A stretch of 63,369 bases of DNA, filler included, from Nemertoderma westbladi (lineage: Eukaryota > Animalia > Xenacoelomorpha): assembly GCA_032718475.1 (NCBI GenBank). It is 3 parts of 3 records of this genome, joined end to end, with 100 filler letters (N's around TTAATTAATTAA, not from the genome) between each part and the next. Parts side by side here need not be neighbours in the genome. Positions count along the whole stretch, not along the records: positions 28,331 to 52,228 come from JAUCBJ010003001.1; positions 52,329 to 63,369 come from JAUCBJ010000884.1; 1 more part is not named here. The stretch is one strand, 5' to 3'. The notes under the pieces were generated by a model, which saw nothing but the letters and a program-made list of their open reading frames with translations, was not told the DNA's origin and did no database searches. Below, in pieces: positions 49,384 to 62,205 of the stretch (position 1 is the first letter of the stretch; each line of letters begins with the position of its first letter). Made by a program: the position numbers and the translations under genes.

Positions 49384-50639
49384 TGCAGCCTTTTTAACGG
49401 AACTTAGCAAACCAACATAAACACCAAAGTAAAACCTCATAAGATAGCATTATATCGAACCCCTTGTCAAGTAGGCACTCTCCTTTGATCTTTTTTAGGT
49501 CGATTTTTAAAGGATTTTTCCAGGAGAACGGCGAAACCTAGAACGATTCTGTTTGCGCAATCTGGTAGATGGCCCTAGCGCGATAGCTAGGAGTTTTTGT
49601 GAAAAAAATCTGTTAATTAATTAATTAGTAATTAGCGATTAAAGATTTCTAATTGATTTTTCTCGAAAAGTATTTGGTTTTTCCCCTAGCAACGGTGTTT
49701 TTTTTTGTTCATCTCGGTAAGATCTAAAAAAAGTTCAGTCATCGCTATGGCCCTCCTATTACTGTTAATTAGTACTAATTAGCCGAAAACTAATTAGCGT
49801 CGTAACTCGAAAACACTAAGAGCTATGAAAAAACGTAACATCACAAAGTTGTTTGGAATTTTATTCTACACAAAAAAGTCTCTGGCGCCGATGCCGTATC
49901 TCCTACCGTTAATTAGTAATTAACTAATTACTTAATTACCTAATTGGCGGGGGGGCTTTGTCCCCCCCGCCCCCAAATCCTTATTCACAGGGTGTATCAA
50001 AGCGGTTTACTATTTTACAAATGATAATTACTCTAAAATCTTTTGAATCGAACTAATTAACGATTTTACTAATTAGTAAAGTTCCCCAAATTAATTAATA
50101 AATTATCCAATCCCGCTGCAATTAATTAAACGGCTGAGTCGTCAGCCTGGTTCAGCAAAAGTCAGCAGTTTACCAACTGCTCCAAAAACTGTGTTCATAC
50201 TACTGACCTATGCCGGTCTGCCGGTAGCTACTACCTAGCTCTGTCTGTATGCAGGTATGTAGCTAATCATAGTCTGCAGTGCCGGTGTACCTTGGGTTTG
50301 CTATCGGTACTGTCAGTCCGAGCTGTATGCACTGCTTGCCTAGAACAACCACATCCGGTACAGCCAGACAGCAGTACAGCGCCGCGGTACCGGGTACATT
50401 TTCTCTGTTCTTAAGACATGTACAGATGTAAGGGGACGCTTTAGGCTCTCTGGCAGTTATTTAAAACGTTGTAGGCAGATGCCCAAGGTTGGAAATAATG
50501 TTCCCCATGCTCGGGCGCACTCTGAATGCCTAAATTACGGTTGTTTGGTGCAGTTAAAAGGTTCCCAACTTGTAGGCCTATTTAATTGCGTTATTTCAAT
50601 ACCTCACCCAGGGCTATCTGACGGAATGGATTTTGACCA

Positions 50640-52228
50640 AACATGGACCAGAGTAGTGTACACACTAACATGGACCAGAGTAGTGTTCACACGAACGTGG
50701 ACCAGAGAAGTGTTCACACGAACGTGGACCAGAGTAGTGTTCACACGAACGTCGACCAGAGTAGTGTTCACCCGAACGTGGACCAGAGTAGTGTTCACCC
50801 GAACGTGGACCGGAGTAGTGTTCACACGAACGTGGATCAGAGTAGTGTTCACACGAACATGACCCAGATAAGTTTTCACACTAACATGGACCAGAGTAGT
50901 GTTCACACGAACGTGGACCAGAGTAGTGTTCACCCGAACGTAGACCAGAGTAGTGTTCACACTAACATGACACAGAGTAGTTTTCACACGAACGTGGACC
51001 AGAGTAGTGTTCACACGAACGTGGACCGGAGTAGTGTTCACACGAACGTGGACCAGAGAAGTGTTCACACGAACGTGGACCAGAGTAGTGTTCACACGAA
51101 CGTCGACCAGAGTAGTGTTCACCCGAACGTGGACCAGAGTAGTGTTCACCCGAACGTAGACCAGAGTAGTGTTCACACTAACATGACACAGAGTAGTTTT
51201 CACACGAACGTGGACCAGAGTAGTGTTCACACGAACGTGGACCGGAGTAGTGTTCACACGAACGTGGACCAGAGAAGTGTTCACACGAACGTGGACCAGA
51301 GTAGTGTTCACACGAACGTCGACCAGAGTAGTGTTCACCCGAACGTGGACCAGAGTAGTGTTCACCCGAACGTGGACCGGAATAGTGTTCACACGAACGT
51401 GGATCAGAGTAGTGTTCACACGAACATGACCCAGATAAGTTTCACTAACATGGACCAGAGTAGTGTTCACACGAACGTGGACCAGAGTAGTGTTCACCCG
51501 AACGTAGACCAGAGTAGTGTTCACACTAACATGGACCAGAGTAGTGTTCACAAGAACGTGGACCAGAGAAGTGTTCACACGAACGTGGACCGAGTAGTGT
51601 TCACACGAACGTCGACCAGAGTAGTGTTCACCCGAACGTGGACCAGAGTAGTGTTCACCCGAACGTGGACCAGAGTAGTGTTCACACGAACGTGGACCGG
51701 AGAAGTGTTCACACGAACGTGGACCAGTGAAGTGTCTCCCGAACGTGGACCGGAGAAGTGTTCACACGAACGTGGACCAGTGAAGTGTTCACACGAACGT
51801 GGACCAGAGTGAAGTGTTCACCCGAACGTGGACCAGAGTAGTGTTCACACGAACGTGGACCAGAGTAGTGTTCTCCCGAACGTGGTTCCAGAGCAGTGTT
51901 CACCCGAACGTGGACCAGAGTAGAGTTCACCCAAACGTGGACCGGAGTAGTGTCACACGAACGTGGATCAGAGTAGTGTTCACACGAACATGACCCAGAT
52001 AAGTTTTCACACTAACATGGACCAGAGTAGTGTTCACACGAACGTGGACCAGAGTAGTGTTCACCCGAACGTAGACCAGAGTAGTGTTCACACTAACATG
52101 GACCAGAGTAGAGTTATGTTCACACTAACAAGGACCAGAGTAGTGTTCACACGAACGTGGACCAGATAAGTGTTCACACGAACGTGGACCAGAGTAGTGT
52201 TCACACGAACGTCGACCAGAGTAGTGTT
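50640..52228. repeat. 27-bp minisatellite, about 59 copies, running into the contig end
   Basis: Unit GGACCAGAGTAGTGTTCACACGAACGT, with variant units recurring in higher-order blocks. Confidence 0.97.
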
Positions 52229-52328
52229 NNNNNNNNNNNNNNNNNNNNNNNNNNNNNNNNNNNNNNNNNNNNTTAATTAATTAANNNNNNNNNNNNNNNN
52301 NNNNNNNNNNNNNNNNNNNNNNNNNNNN
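52229..52328. other. Artificial contig linker
   Basis: 44 N + TTAATTAATTAA + 44 N. Confidence 0.97.
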
Positions 52329-52497
52329 AAGGCGGTGATCACTGGAGAAGGGTCGTATAATGTAATGTAATGCAAGTAGCAGAGTAATGCATTGCACTAC
52401 GTTGCCAATTAATATGTGATTATTAATTATTATTTTGTATCATAATTATTATTGACTTATCTTATTAAAATAAAACTAAATAGCTAATTTTTGTATA

Positions 52498-52764
52498 ATG
52501 TTGATGTTCACAATTTTCAATTGGTTTTGGAATGAGGAGTTTTGGTTGCCACCAGGGAAAGTGTGGAAAGATTTGGAAACAAATTCAGACGATCCGGAAG
52601 GAACTTACTTCCCTAAGTCGGTCCATCTTCTCTACTCTCTACCGGTCGCCTTTATATTTCTATCTGTAAAGCCGATATTCCGAAATTATGTCGGGAAAAT
52701 AGTAGCTCCAGTAATAAATGGAAATAATAAAAAGAAATCTGGGTCAAACCAGACCAATGGATAC
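52498..52764 (+). CDS. CERS: Ceramide synthase, exon 1
   Basis: WFWNEEFWLPPG..W.DL N-terminal signature of CerS2-6; TAC|GTAAGT donor, phase 0. Confidence 0.88.
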
Positions 52765-53810
52765 GTAAGTTACAAACCAGACCAATGGTTACGTAAGTTA
52801 CAAACCAGACCAATGGATACGTAAGTTACAAACCAGACCAATGGTTACGTAAGTTACAAACCAGACCAATGGATATGTAAGTTACAAACCAGACCAATGG
52901 ATATGTAAGTTACAAACCAGACCAATGGGGCAATGGATACGTAAGTTACAAACCAGACCAATGGATACGTAAGTTACAAACCAGACCAATGGTTACGTAA
53001 GTTACAAACCAGACCAATGGTTACGTAAGTTACAAACCAGACCAATGGATATGTAAGTTACAAACCAGACCAATGGATACGTAAGTTACAAACCAGACCA
53101 ATGGATACGTAAGTTACAAACCAGACCAATGGTTACGTTAGTTACAAACCAGACCAATGGATATGTAAGTTACAAACCAGACCAATGGATATGTAAGTTA
53201 CAAACCAGACCAATGGATACGTAAGATACAAATCAGACCAATGGATACGTAAGTTACAAATCAGACCAATGGATACGTAAGTTACAAACCAGACCAATGG
53301 ATACGTAAGTTACAAACCAGACCAATGGATACGTAAGTTATAAACCAGACCAATGGATACGTAAGTTACAAACCAGACCAATGGATACGTAAGTTACAAA
53401 CCAGACCAATGGATACGTAAGTTATAAACCAGACCAATGGATACGTAAGTTACAAACCAGACCAATGGATACGTAAGTTACAAACCAGACCAATGGATAC
53501 ATAAGTTACAAACCAGACCAATGGATACGTAAGTTACAAATCAGACCAATGGATACGTAAGTTACAAACCAGACCAATGGATACGTAAGTTACAAACCAG
53601 ACCAATGGATACGTAAGTTACAAATCAGACCAATGGATACGTAAGTTACAAACCAGACCAATGGATACGTAAGTTACAAACCAGACCAATGGATACGTAA
53701 GTTACAAATCAGACCAATGGATACGTAAGTTACAAACCAGACCAATGGATACGTAAGTTATTTAATAAAAAGAAATCTGGGTCAAACCAGACCAATGGAT
53801 ACGTAAGTTA
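52745..53810 (+). repeat. 28-bp minisatellite (about 36 copies) plus a 50-bp duplication, both spanning the exon 1 donor
   Basis: Unit = last 20 exon nt CAAACCAGACCAATGGATAC + GTAAGTTA; 53763-53810 repeats about 40 nt of the exon end plus the donor. Confidence 0.96.
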
Positions 53811-54112
53811 TTTAACTCATCCAAAAATTAATCATTCAATTAAATACAATATTTGGATTACAATAATCCAAGATGTATAAATATTACCGAAATTTATTAA
53901 AACTTATATAACAACTCATAAAAATTATCAAACGATAGATACAATATAATACTATCCAGAATACAATAATTATTGCTTACTTTTGTATTCACTGTGTGAA
54001 TGCATTGAATGCACATATACAATTACAGATTAAGTGAACCTGGAGAACTCCCCATTATAGTCAAGGTCAGGTCTTCCCTCTACTTCTACCACCCCCCATG
54101 TCTGGTTCTAAT

Positions 54113-54316
54113 TCAAACTACATGTTTATGGAGAAGCACATAGTCCATTACAATAACAAGTGTGTGTCTATCAGTTATAGAAATAAAAGTTGTGGGACAG
54201 TCATATTGTTTGATTGCAGCAATTATACCACAGGCCCCAATGATTTTAATCATATGTGGGCAACAGCTAGAATCGAAGGCCTTGAAGAAGTCTACAAAGT
54301 TAATGCTTGTAGACAA
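54113..54316 (-). pseudogene. RTE-like LINE reverse transcriptase fragment
   Basis: INFVDFFKAFDS...MIKIIGACGI...VMDYVL. Confidence 0.65.
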
Positions 54317-55589
54317 TTATTAAATAATCCGTCGAAGTGCTTTCTTAATGTGCATTACGATAAAACCTTAAACTTTTCGAAACCAATTTTGTTTGCCATG
54401 CAGGATCTTTTCAACATTATTGCTTTTAAAGTTCAACATTATTCCGTTGAATATCTAAATTATATAAATATGTTGCACCCAACAGGATAAAGTCCAAACA
54501 GTCAATTTTCTCAGTTTTCGAGGGGTGTTTAAATTTCAAAACTAATCTTATTTTTTGAACCTCCCAGTAGGCTAAAGGATTGGAAACCGTTAAGGGGAAA
54601 TTTGCATAAAAGTTGAAACACTCATGTCGATATTACTAAAAACAATTTGATGTGACTATTTTGTTCATAACATGGTTTTAGTGAGATCATTGTGAGTGTA
54701 CGAACCATGAACCTACAAACTTTTCATTATCTGCGTGATACATCCATGCAATACGTCATTAATATGCATTTACGGTAGAATCCATGACGAGTAATTGCAA
54801 GAAAATCCACCTATTAGTTGAGTTCCAATCTCATCTACTGATTAAAAAGCACGAACTCGCAATGTTCAAATGATTTATAGCTAATGGTTTGATGGATGTC
54901 TCAATCTGCTCGGAGGGTTCTACTACGATCGCGATTGGGGTGCCACTCCAACTCTGGGTGGGTTGCCACTCCAACTCTGGGTGGGCACTCAATTAGTAGA
55001 GGTACCGCCCTCTCTTATCGTGTCATTGAAAATCTCATAATTTTAAAACGAATATTTTTAGATTTTTACTTTGATTTAATGAATATTTTTTTATTTAAAT
55101 TAATTATGTTTTTTTACCAACAGATTCCTATAGAAAATTACAACATCATTGAATAAAATATTGATATTTAGGTTAATTGGTAAACATATTTTCAGTATTC
55201 TCTAAAATAACTACAAAGATAAATTATATATATTTATTAATACAACAAAAACGAGGTACTAAGCAAAGAATGAAAGAACATTACTTTCATCCGTAGGTCT
55301 ACTGTTAGAAGCAGGCCACCTGCAATCCAAGTAATTGCGAAGTGCTCGATCGGTCTGAGCAATTCACCTGCTGACCACAGACATGATGCAACAAGCATCA
55401 TGTACTCTTTCGGTCGGTAAAAAATATAGGCATCACTTGGTCTTTGTATAATATCATCATTGAAATAATTAAGACCACATAGCGCGTAAATTACATACAT
55501 AGACTACATAATAAATTGCGAAAATTAACCAATAATATATTACAAAAAATTACAATTTTTAATTATCACCTATTTATTAAATGTTTTAG

Positions 55590-56348
55590 GTTGAGAAAAG
55601 GACATCTTTTAAGGAATCAACATTATTAAAACGTAAACGAAAACTCCAGAAATTTACCGAAAGCAGTTGGCGTTGTCTCGTATATTCCATTCTATTTATG
55701 TATGGTTGCTGGGCAACATTAAGACAAGATTTCGCTTATGACGTCTCGAAATGTTGGAAGGGTATGCCTCACACCAGTGTCGCTCTTCCCATATTCTGGT
55801 ACTACATAATAGAACTGGGATTCTATCTCGCTGAACTGCAGACCCACTTCTCAGAAACCTGGCGTAAAGATACCCCGGTAATGTTTGTACACCATATAGT
55901 AACCATAGCCTTAATAACCTTCTCCTGGGTCTGTAACTATGTGGCTATAGGCAGTCTAATTCTATTAATACACGATGTAATGGACCCGTTGTTAGAGGGC
56001 GCTAAACTAGCGTCGTACCTCCGAAAAGAGCTTCTATCCACCACTCTATTCGCCTTAATGAGTATCGTGTTTTATGTTTCCCGCCTTTATATCTATCCGG
56101 TTTATATAATCCACTCAGTTGCCATGGATACCCTTAAAGAATTCAACTGTTCCCACAAGTTTGTGGAGATGTTTATTAGCGAGCCGCGACCATGTACGTT
56201 ACACATGTGGCATTGTTGGACACTGTTTCTAGGGTTACTTATCTTACTGCTGTGCTTCCATTGTATGTGGGGCTATTTCATAGTGGTGGCCATCTGGAGG
56301 AAAGCCAACGAAGGAACTATAGAGGATACTAGGAGTGAGTCGGAATGA
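55590..56348 (+). CDS. CERS: Ceramide synthase, exon 2 (TLC/Lag1 domain)
   Basis: TTTTAG acceptor at 55589; KFTESSWR, YYIIELGFY, RKD...MFVHH, HDVMD and C-terminal EDTRSESE; in phase with exon 1 (341 aa total). Confidence 0.93.
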   Translation, partial: VEKRTSFKESTLLKRKRKLQKFTESSWRCLVYSILFMYGCWATLRQDFAYDVSKCWKGMPHTSVALPIFWYYIIELGFYLAELQTHFSETWRKDTPVMFVHHIVTIALITFSWVCNYVAIGSLILLIHDVMDPLLEGAKLASYLRKELLSTTLFALMSIVFYVSRLYIYPVYIIHSVAMDTLKEFNCSHKFVEMFISEPRPCTLHMWHCWTLFLGLLILLLCFHCMWGYFIVVAIWRKANEGTIEDTRSESE

Positions 56349-56688
56349 ATCAACGTCATTGTTACGTCACAGTGTGGCCCAGATAATTTCGAAACATCTT
56401 TGCAATTATTTAATGGTGCTGGCTTCCTTAACTATGCCCCCTACCCCCCTGTTCTAGGCTCGTTATAAGTAATAATTATTATAATTTAATAAGTGCCTGT
56501 GACTAGATGAAGTGCTTGTTAATAATGGCATTGAACTCAACAACGTTCATTCGAGTATAAATTAATATATAAATTAGTAATAATTAATTTGCAATAATTT
56601 AAATACAAATAATATTGGTTAATTCAATTATTATTTTACTATCTTCAAATAATAGTTACTAAAAATATATTAAATATTAAAACAAAAA

Positions 56689-57438
56689 CCAAGATTTCGT
56701 TCTACAATCGGAAGAGCATCATCAGGGCAGAAATACACATTAAAGAACCAAAGAAAAGAATACAGGTATAAAACACATTAGTAAAAACAACAGGTAGGCC
56801 TAATTAAATCATGTAGGGTTATAGACTGGTAGGGAGGGAAGGGTGCTTTTGTTTGGTGCGTTTGTAGTGCGTTTATCTAATGTGGTGAAAAAAACGCTTC
56901 AGGTAGTTGGATGATATGTTAGCACAATTTGAATTCAGATTTATTTTAAATCCAAAATTACGTTTGAGTAACTTCTTCCGGTTTAAAGACCAGCTTCCGC
57001 TCGAGATGCGTTGCGTCGAGTTGCGAATAACTTTAAGTGCAGTAGCTGTGGTGCTACTTAACTAAAAGACACTTTAAGGTTCGCGCCTATGAGCATTTAG
57101 CCAGTCAATATTAACTGGTAAACCTGTTAGACCTCAAACCATAACCGAAGTTATGGAACACTCCCTGCAGTCGGGACACTGTGTCTCATACACTGACTTT
57201 ACTGTCCGGACTACAGGTGGTAACAATCGCCATGTACTTAATAATTTAAGTGTGTGTTTCCAACATTACAAACAAACATAAATAGTCACCATTTTCCTAC
57301 CAGTCCATATCCCTACATGATTTAATAGGCCTACCTGATGTTTTTACTGTTATACCAGTATACCGGTATTCTTTTCTTCGGTTCTTTAACGTGTATTTCT
57401 GCCCTGATGTATTTCTGCTCTGTTGAACGAAACGTTGG
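56689..57438 (+). mobile_element. Penelope-like element relic with inverted pseudo-LTRs
   Basis: GIY-YIG-region remnant LSNFFRFKDQLP...FKCSSCGAT...KRHFKVRAYEHL (about 56955-57100); 56689-56818 inverted to 57311-57438; each arm has a degenerate CUGAUGA...GAAA hammerhead core. Confidence 0.8.
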
Positions 57439-58203
57439 TTTTCTGTTTTTTTTTAATGTTATGTTGATAAGAGAATTAATATAAATATTTAATATTACTT
57501 TGTTAGACTATAAAATTCATCGAATATTATATAGTTCGACTGCCAAGGTTAACGCAATGTCTTACGAATATTACTAATATCATTAGTATTACATTTTTAT
57601 TAATTTTTCGCGAAGGACAGCAATTGCACATTTGCAGCTAATCTTCGTAAAATATATCACGTTAAAGATATTGAAATCTCTTACATTATTTTGAGTCAAT
57701 GGCGCAAAATGTACGCAAAGACCAAGTGTGTTTAGTGCGTTAATTTAATTAAAAATATTAAGGGAAAGGAGCAGGTAATAGTGGCTGTGGTTTCTAACCA
57801 AAACAATAAATAAAACGTTATTTCCCTTGCGATAAATTTGCGCTGAAACGCTTTCAAATGTTCGCCACTATCAGCATCTGTAAAGGTACCGGTACCCACT
57901 GTAAAAATATCAGTTACAACATATAAATCTCGCTTAGGTAAGTGATAGAGTTACATGATATGATTTTAGTGAGAAATGTTACTATTATTATTTATTCACT
58001 TTCATTTTCGCTTCAATGTCTATACAGGGGGTTGACCTATAAAAAGGTGATCTTTAGAACTGTAAAGTATATTTAGATTTACCAATTAAATTTCAAAGTA
58101 ATTAAGGGGGAAGGGGGGAGGGGGGGGTGTGTATGGGGCTAACCCCCAGAGGTCGCCAGTCAAAATTTCAGATATTTTTATTTCATCTAGAGAAATATTT
58201 AAT

Positions 58204-61200
58204 GTTGTTACCCACTAATCCCGGAAAAAATAACACATTCGCAATGATAGCCTATCTAAAAATAGTGTTATTTTAGTCCTAGGAAAAAATAACACATTTA
58301 TTTTTCTACTTCCTTCCAACTTCTGTCTGTTGGCTTATTCTATTGACATGTAGTAGGCCTAAGCCTACCGGTATTTTACTATCATTTTCTCATTACTGCT
58401 TGCTGTACTGTATCACTATAAAGCAAGCCGTGCATGTGATGTAATTTGTGATATACATACAGCAGTACAGTAGAGTCCTGTACTCTACTGTACTGAGTTG
58501 TATTACTTACTTACGACTTTGTACACATGTACAGTACATGTGTCTGACTGTATCTGTAGCATAGACCTATTACAGTATTAAGTGTGTGAATACAGATGTG
58601 CCTGCTGGCAAAGTGTTGTTCTGTTGTTAGGTCCCATGGGAAGTTAGGGCGCAGGCGCAGTACTGTAGGTGGTAGGGCCCACCATAAATTCGACTACAAT
58701 AACTAACAACTACACTGGGCACTGAACTTAACTGCATAATCTCGTTTCATGCTGACATGTGTTAACTTTTGTTTATTGTTTTGATAACCAACCAACCCCA
58801 ACTCAGAATCCATCCCGCTTACCAGCTTACTACATGTATAGCAGTACCAAGTACGGTATACAGTAGATTATAGAAGGCCTAGGCCGGTAGTATTCAGTAA
58901 CATGCTCTTTTATTGTCTGATACCGGTACCGGTAGTAGGTTATAGGCCAAATCATTACTGCATTATATCCTGCCATTACTGCATTACATTACAGCATTAG
59001 CCTACAGCATTAGGTCCTGCGTTATTTCGTTTTCGTTAGGCATACTGCAGGCTGGTAGGACAGTAGATCCTTGATTTGACCTGCCTACACTGCACTACAA
59101 CACTATGCTATGCACAATAGGCTACATTACACCTGTACACACTTCTGCACACTACTGGCACTCTGCACACTTCATCACTTACAGGCAGCCATGCTTCTAC
59201 CAGTCTACTGCTGTACTGCTCTATATAGCCTACTGCATATCTACTGTGTACTGACTGTACTTCTATAAATAAGCTAGCCTTTAGGCCTACCGGTCGGTAC
59301 CTGTTGTGCTGTTGCAGTGTTGAGTTGATAGGCTACTCTGGTTACTGGGTTAGTACGGTACCAAGAGTTAAGAGTTAGATTCGAAGTGAATAGGCTACAG
59401 GAAAGGAGTAAGCCCACCTATACCGGTACTTCTTTTGGCTAATTCTTGTTAAATCGATGGAATCGCAATCGCTTAGGCCTAGTGATTTAATAGGCCTAGG
59501 CTTCGAGTGTCAAGATTTGGGTGATTTGGAAGCAATGTGTTCAGCGGATGTCGAAGATCAAGATGCGAGTCAAACTCAAACATATCCCCTTGTCAGTGGT
59601 CCCCACAATTCATCTGATGATCGTTTTTGCAATCGCCTATCTCAAAACAATGTTGATGATGACCAGTATCTAATGGAAACGCGTCATAACACAACTGAGT
59701 CAACTCGGCAATCAGTTTCTGCCTTTCAGAATTATCTTCATCTGGTTAAATGGTCAGAAGATATAGATAAACAATCTGTTCAAGTGCTGGCTATTAATTT
59801 TCATGGGTTTATTCGTAAATACAAGAAGAAAAATTGAGAAAAGTTAGAGACAACTTCTCTACGAAGTTACTTCTATGGTTTGCTGCGTCATTTTAAAGAC
59901 TTGGGGAATGGCGATGTCCTTAAATTAATTTTAAGGACTTTAGCCATTCCAAAGAAATTCTCCGGGCCCGTCTATCCCAAATAAAAGCATCGGGCAAAGG
60001 AAACCTTGCTAACTCGAGTGACCCATTAGAGGCGTCGGATTTCAGATTATTGAAGGACAAAGGATTACTTGGATTTTAAAATCCAATCAGCTGCGTGATA
60101 CACTGTATCTAGTTCTTACTACTCGTTTGGGACAAGATCTGGCGTAGAAATGCGCCAAATGCGTGTCGGAGACATTAAGAAACATTATTGCGTCCAAGAA
60201 GATAAGTTCTATCTTCAGTTGAAAGAGCGGATAACAAAGACTCGAAAGGGTATTACTGCTCCTCGAAAATTCCCTGTGAAAGCTTTCGAGTTTCCCGAAG
60301 TTCGCACTTGTTGTCCTGTGACTCTATTCGAGTGTTACATTAAACATAGATTTCCGGATGGGAAGATGGACAAGGGAGCACCATTTTGGGTTCGTCCCAA
60401 ACCAACCGTACCGGCCAATTGTGATGATAGTTGGTACACCGTGCAACCGGTTGGAAAACACACCTTCCCCACTATATTAAGGGATCTGTTCGGCCGTGCA
60501 GGATTGACAACAGATAATCGAAAGATTACACCGATGAGTTATTGGAAGACGGCGGCGCAGGCGTAGGCTATAGTTGATTCTGGACAGCCATCCAATTTCG
60601 CCCAAATACAGTTGGGACATGCGAATCTGGGAACAACGACGTCTTACATCCGACCATCGACTACTACTCAGCGATCCTTGAGTACGATATTGAGTCAATG
60701 TGTATAAGGGCGAGAAGTTTCGAAGAGTAGCGGAGGAAATGAGTGTCACGAAATAGTCGAGACAGTTTGTCAAGAAACGAATATCGAGATTCCATCAACA
60801 AAGTCTGAATTCATGAGTAGCTTGTTGCAGGGGGCACAGTTTCACGCGCCTGTCAATATTATTTTCAATAATAAGTCTTAAACATCTAAGTTCCGGTTCA
60901 CCAAACTAATTTAATAAGATAAGAAATTAAGAGAGAAAATAAAGTTATCAATGTCTTTTTTTCTATATAAATTTTTGTTGTAATCTTAAATACTTTTTAA
61001 TTTGTGAAAGTGTATATTTTTTATTTTTAGTCTTTCATCGATTTAATGAGAAGATATTTTTCTACTTAACTACTGTTTTCTTTAACATTTGTGATTTGGT
61101 TTACAGTTACAGTTACGGTTTTTGTTATTATAATTAATCTGTCTTTGATTTCTCTTGAACTAACTAGAAACATGCAAATTAAATACCCATGTAACAAGCA

Positions 61201-62205
61201 AATATTTTCAATTGATACAAATATTATACTATTAACTACTACAAGCCTTGTAATCTTATGAAGTGCTGGATTACGATTACGCCTTGGGCTACGAGTTATT
61301 CGAAAATTAAATCGTTATCTTACGACGAAAATAGATAGGCCTATTAAATATTAAAACTCAAAAAAGTCAACAAGATCGACTATCAACCAGACAGAATATA
61401 TTGAAAAAATTGAATTACCCTTTCATCCTGTTTCCCAAACTATAATATTAAATCAGGTTCCCATATCGCTGGGTTTGATTTTTTCGTGGGAATTTAAAAA
61501 ACCCAGGTTATTTTTTAATAATCTGTCCACGCAAAAATTTTCCCTTGGCAACCTCATAGTAACACGTGGCAACTATTAACTAACATGTGCGCACTTATTC
61601 TCTTATGCTTTATAATTATAAACGTGAATTGATAATTACTTATAGAAGCAATTATAATCAAAGAGGAACTTTAGATGAATGACCGGTACCTATTGGACTA
61701 ACCGAATTATCTTATTAAACAATTTCATCTGTCTATCATTTCTACATCACGTTCTAAATACGGAGTTATGTAACATTTCGAATAAAAGTTTGTGCTATTG
61801 AGGTTTAGCCCTATTGTTTATTATAATATAGCAACTTTAACCAACTATGGGGGTCATTCTAATAAACAAGTCTAGACCTAAGAAGAACCATAAGAATAAA
61901 TATTAATATTTATTTATATTTTTAACCCCCAAAACTTCCACGCCCCTTTTTTCTTCCTCTCCCCAAAACAGAACCCTTTTAGAAACATTTAGCTTCTTGA
62001 AGTTAGAAACGGAATTCAATGAAGTAAATATATAATAATGGACGACATGTAATTGTTATTTTTCCGGGATTAGTGAGTAACAACTTGATTATTACCCTGT
62101 TATTTTTCCGGATATTTTAACCCGAGGAACAGGAACTAGCCGAGGCGCAGCCTAGGCTTTCCTGTTCCGAGGGTTAAAATATCCGGAAAAATAACAGGGT
62201 AATAA
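58204..62205 (+). mobile_element. Crypton-like tyrosine-recombinase element
   Basis: GTTGTTAC.CACTAATCCCGGAAAAAATAACA (58204) is inverted at 62054-62084 and followed by a palindrome at 62089-62205; encloses the YR pseudogene. Confidence 0.65.
59457..60880 (+). pseudogene. Crypton/DUF3504-type tyrosine recombinase, frameshifted
   Basis: GTRSGVEMRQM..GDI, ERITKTRKG, CPV.LF..YI..R, PFW.RP, WY..QPVGKH and QLGHANL...SY spread over several frames. Confidence 0.82.

Noticed and set aside
50479-52169. Long repetitive ORFs on both strands (324 and 389 aa)
   Set aside because: By-product of a stop-poor 27-bp unit; indels switch frames freely.
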